Assembly: GCA_903813345.2 (NCBI GenBank) | Contig: CAIIXF020000001.1 | Span: 2,976,001 to 3,040,000 of the forward strand | DNA: 64,000 bases | Direction: 5' to 3' | Source of the DNA: Owenia fusiformis | Taxonomy: Eukaryota | Shown: one piece after another, positions 61,101 through 64,000 of the stretch | Layout of the letters: the number at the start of each line of letters is the position of its first letter | Position numbering within the stretch: position 1 is the stretch's first letter | The notes under the pieces: generated by a model | Database searches by the model: none | What the model saw: the letters and a program-made list of their open reading frames with translations, nothing else | Told to the model about the DNA's origin: nothing | Translations under genes and position numbers: made by a program

Positions 61101-63053
61101 TTCTGAGTGGGATCGGATCACAAAGAATCCAGACAATCACCATGAGATCAACTCTGAACATCTGATTGCAGTAAAGGAATTCTTTAAACAGTTATTAGCT
61201 GCAATTCCCATTGGTTTGTGGCTTACTGAATCTTGTATTTTGAACTAAAGACATGTATTATATGTTTCAAATATGAATTATGCGATGTAATCAATTTAAT
61301 AACAATTCATGAAAGATACGCATGTAGAGCCCCAAGCAACATAGAAAAAACATAGACACCTATCGAGTGTATTTAATAAAATAAGTAAAGTACTGAAATA
61401 GTTTGGTCAAAACAATTCGACAAGAGTTGGACTACTTGGGTAGCATCTAACGCATTTTGTTTAATACAGGGATCGATAAAGTTAGAGTAGCCATCGTTTC
61501 ATTTGATGAGGTTGTGAGAATCCACCAATACCTTGATGACACAACGGACTATGCAGGAACAAATGATATATTGACCAATAGTGTCATAGATTATACGGGT
61601 GTAGGGACACGTACAGATGCAGCACTTCGATATGTTCTCAACAGGTGAGGGGTCGAACGACCACCAATTGTCACTTTTTGTAATTAAACAATAAAGGACG
61701 ATTCTCGGTTTGGAGAACGAAGTTCATGAATCTAAATGAGCACTATCCCTGCTTCGGACAAATTTGATTTTTTTTACATAATATAGATTTGAATGTCTTC
61801 TTTTGAATAGTCATAATTTAATTTGGGTAATATTTCTAGATTTTTCGCAAAAAAATATTAGCGCAGTACACTGATGAACTTTTTTCCCCAAATCGAGACT
61901 TGTATTTTATTGAATCGGTCTAATTGAGCGTTACCCCTGCTTCAGACCAATTTGTTATTTTTACATCTTGTAGATTTAAATGTCTTCTTTTGAATATTCA
62001 TAGTTTAATTTGGGTAATATTTCTATATTTTTCATGAAAAAAGTTATTAGCCCAGGAGACTGTTCTCCAAACCGAGAATCGTCCTTTAGTGTTGAAAAAA
62101 GAATAAATTGGTCAAGAAATTAACTCATAAGCGCAGAATAGTGGTTCAGAGAAAACAGCATTTTAACATTTTAGTTCTCGTCGGTTCCAGTGGTATATTA
62201 ATATTTAAAACATGATATAAAATCATTTCGACCTTGATAGGACAACAATATTTTAACGTTTTTTGAAAGTTGAGGATATTTAGAAAATATTTGTTGGAGA
62301 AAAATTGGCCACCTGAGTGAGATCATAGCGTATACTCACGACATCACAAATTTGTAGAAATGCTTTACAAGTCTGTATATGCAAAAAATCATAGATTGAT
62401 TGGTTGAAATAATTTACAGGGTGGTCCAAAAAAGGGAACCCCTGCAACAGGCTACATTTTTGTGAATGAATACATGAATTGGCTCATATTATCACGTATA
62501 ATTTCTGCAAATTTCAAGACTAAGAAAAATGTATGGTACCAACATAAATTTTAGACCTTTCTCTACAACATGTGAAAATAAAAAAGAATTCCTGCAAGTA
62601 ATAAGGGAAATATGGCCAGTTGCAGGGGTTCACTTTTTTGGACCACCCTGTAAATGCCTGATCTATTCAGAGGAGTAGAGAAAGTATTGTGTTTTACAGG
62701 ATTAAACTGTTGTATTTGATGACCTATTTCCGCACTAGCGGCACATTCAAACATTTGAAAATTATAACATAAAGAACTTTTAAAGTCACATTTTAAAAAA
62801 ATGTCTCAAATAGTTTTCAATTATGAAAAGTAATAATTCAACTCTATTTTACTTTACGGGACGGGACTCATTTGCTTCAAGGGTGTTGAAAAAGGATCGT
62901 GGAGACCGAGTTGATGTCAACAACTTCATAATGCTGGCAACTGACGGTGTGGCCTACCCATGCTGTACAGCTAGTTGTTGTCATATGAGCACAGGCACTA
63001 TACAATGCCCCACCACTGACTACCCATGCATAACTCAAGAAGATGCGACAAGG
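52133..63053 (+). CDS. Predicted acatalytic alpha-carbonic anhydrase domain followed by at least 2 VWA domains (5' exon not found; 3' end beyond the window)
   Basis: CA exons: 52133-52297 (GPSTW..C..QSPVDID..NTGHT), 57739-57872 (GGLEGSY..FHFRWGSEHTVDG), 58149-58253, 58352-58418, 58637-58797 (LLP..YYRYQGRFSNPPC), 59069-59195 or 59210 (FRPTQQLGNR). VWA exons: 59598-59733 (DVFLVIDESCSV), 59928-60074, 60314-60441 (IIITDG), 60599-60808, 61040-61213 (DIVLVIDTSQS), 61470-61644, 62882-~63053. All junction phases are compatible. Confidence 0.82.
52694..56090 (+). mobile_element. Tandem pair of Helentron-associated (HINE/DINE-like) elements with internal 134-bp repeats and CCTAT microsatellite
   Basis: 5' hairpin tagactccaga-tgaaa-tctggagtcta (duplicated at 52699 and about 52748), TTC/TTA microsatellite, 134-bp core units, (CCTAT)n tracts at 53925-54115 and 55810-55990, and a 3' ggagtct plus hairpin gaaattgaac-ttc-gttcaatttc ending CTAGTT at about 54208 and 56090. 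Confidence 0.8.
59329..59428. mobile_element. Very short MITE
   Basis: tagccttgcccaag ... cttgggcaaggcta 14-bp perfect inverted repeat in the CA/VWA junction intron. Confidence 0.55.
61692..62088. mobile_element. MITE with 27-bp perfect TIRs and two internal ~190-bp tandem units
   Basis: taaaggacgattctcggtttggagaac / gttctccaaaccgagaatcgtccttta; the internal unit ccctgcttc.gac.aatttg... starts at about 61747 and 61935. Confidence 0.75.
62417..62650. mobile_element. Tc1/mariner-type MITE with TA TSD
   Basis: ta|cagggtggtccaaaaaagggaacccctgcaac ... gttgcaggggttcacttttttggaccaccctg|ta. Confidence 0.85.
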
Positions 63054-63137
63054 GTAGTTTTCGTAATCATACTTTATTAATTAGGTTGTGTGATCTTGAG
63101 GTCCAAAGTGCATCGTTCCATAAGAAGTTCATATTCA

Positions 63138-63830
63138 TTATCGCAAACAATTTCAGAAGGTTATATCTTGGATTATGACTATTTTCTGACAATGAAGACA
63201 AGTTTATCTTTTAGATCAATTCATTATCTCAAAGAAAATTATGCACAGTAATAATACATTCAAACAAACTCGGAGATATTTAACTAGCAATTAACCCATC
63301 AACACACTTTTTGACCCCATTTTGAAGATGTTGACCCCATTTTCACCAAAAATGCAATCATTTTTTACAATGTTTAATGCATTACTATTCTTTATTTTGA
63401 TGTATCAAATAGTTCTTGAAAGAAAAATTTAATTGCATTAAGATAAGTGTTCCCCATGTTATTTCTCCATTGAAAAATCCCATGCTATCCATTGGTTTCA
63501 GTTAATTTTGGTCATCCAAATTGAATATCTTTAAAGTCCCGGGAGCAATCAAATTTTCCTTTTAGGAAATCGAACATTTCTCAAACCACATTCTAATTAT
63601 GCATTCAATAATATAATAAAAGGTTGCATTTTTGGTGAAAATTAGGTCAACATTTTTGAAAAAGTATGTTGATTGGTCCATTGCCCCTTCAATATCACTT
63701 AGGTCTGATTAACTAAATTATCATTATACTTTTCTTGAAGATAATGAATGGATCTAAAAGATACACCCATGTTCATGATAAAAAAATATTCATAATTCAA
63801 GTTAGAATCGTTTGAAATTGTTTGCGATAA
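63138..63830. mobile_element. Degenerate foldback MITE
   Basis: ttatcgcaaacaatttca...cttttagatcaattcattatct is mirrored by agataatgaatggatctaaaag...tgaaattgtttgcgataa. Confidence 0.7.
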
Positions 63831-64000
63831 CCTACGTGCTCCTTTTCAAAATTTGGGTCCAAGGGCCCACAATTTTTTGTAGAACTTTGTAGAAATCTGG
63901 ACCCACCCTTGTTAGCTCTTGCAATCCGCCATTGTAGTTATTCTTAATTATCTTATGATTAGAATCGGTATAAACCAAATAGTATACCAATTACATTGCA

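Overview
AT-rich, intron-containing metazoan DNA from an invertebrate; the taxon cannot be fixed from sequence alone. The left 16 kb holds an SRCR exon and a compact block of four unrelated Golgi-type glycan enzymes: an intronless Stf0/NodH-like sulfotransferase (-), a 6-exon CHST15-like sulfotransferase, a 3-exon WSCD-family sulfotransferase and an intronless GT92 glycosyltransferase (all +). The middle holds a 4-exon PRD-class Q50 homeobox gene resembling the CG11294 family, and a tRNA-Arg(ACG). The right end holds a gene the ORF track only fragments. Manual splicing gives an alpha-carbonic-anhydrase domain that has lost two of three zinc histidines, joined in phase to at least two VWA domains and running off the window. 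Intergenic and intronic DNA is dense with non-autonomous DNA transposons (Transib-, Academ-, Tc1/mariner-, Kolobok-, P-, hAT-, Harbinger-, Helentron- and Crypton-like) and minisatellites. The best candidates for something undescribed are the sulfated-glycan gene cluster and the acatalytic CA-VWA fusion. All family calls come from motif recognition and manual splicing; no searches were run.
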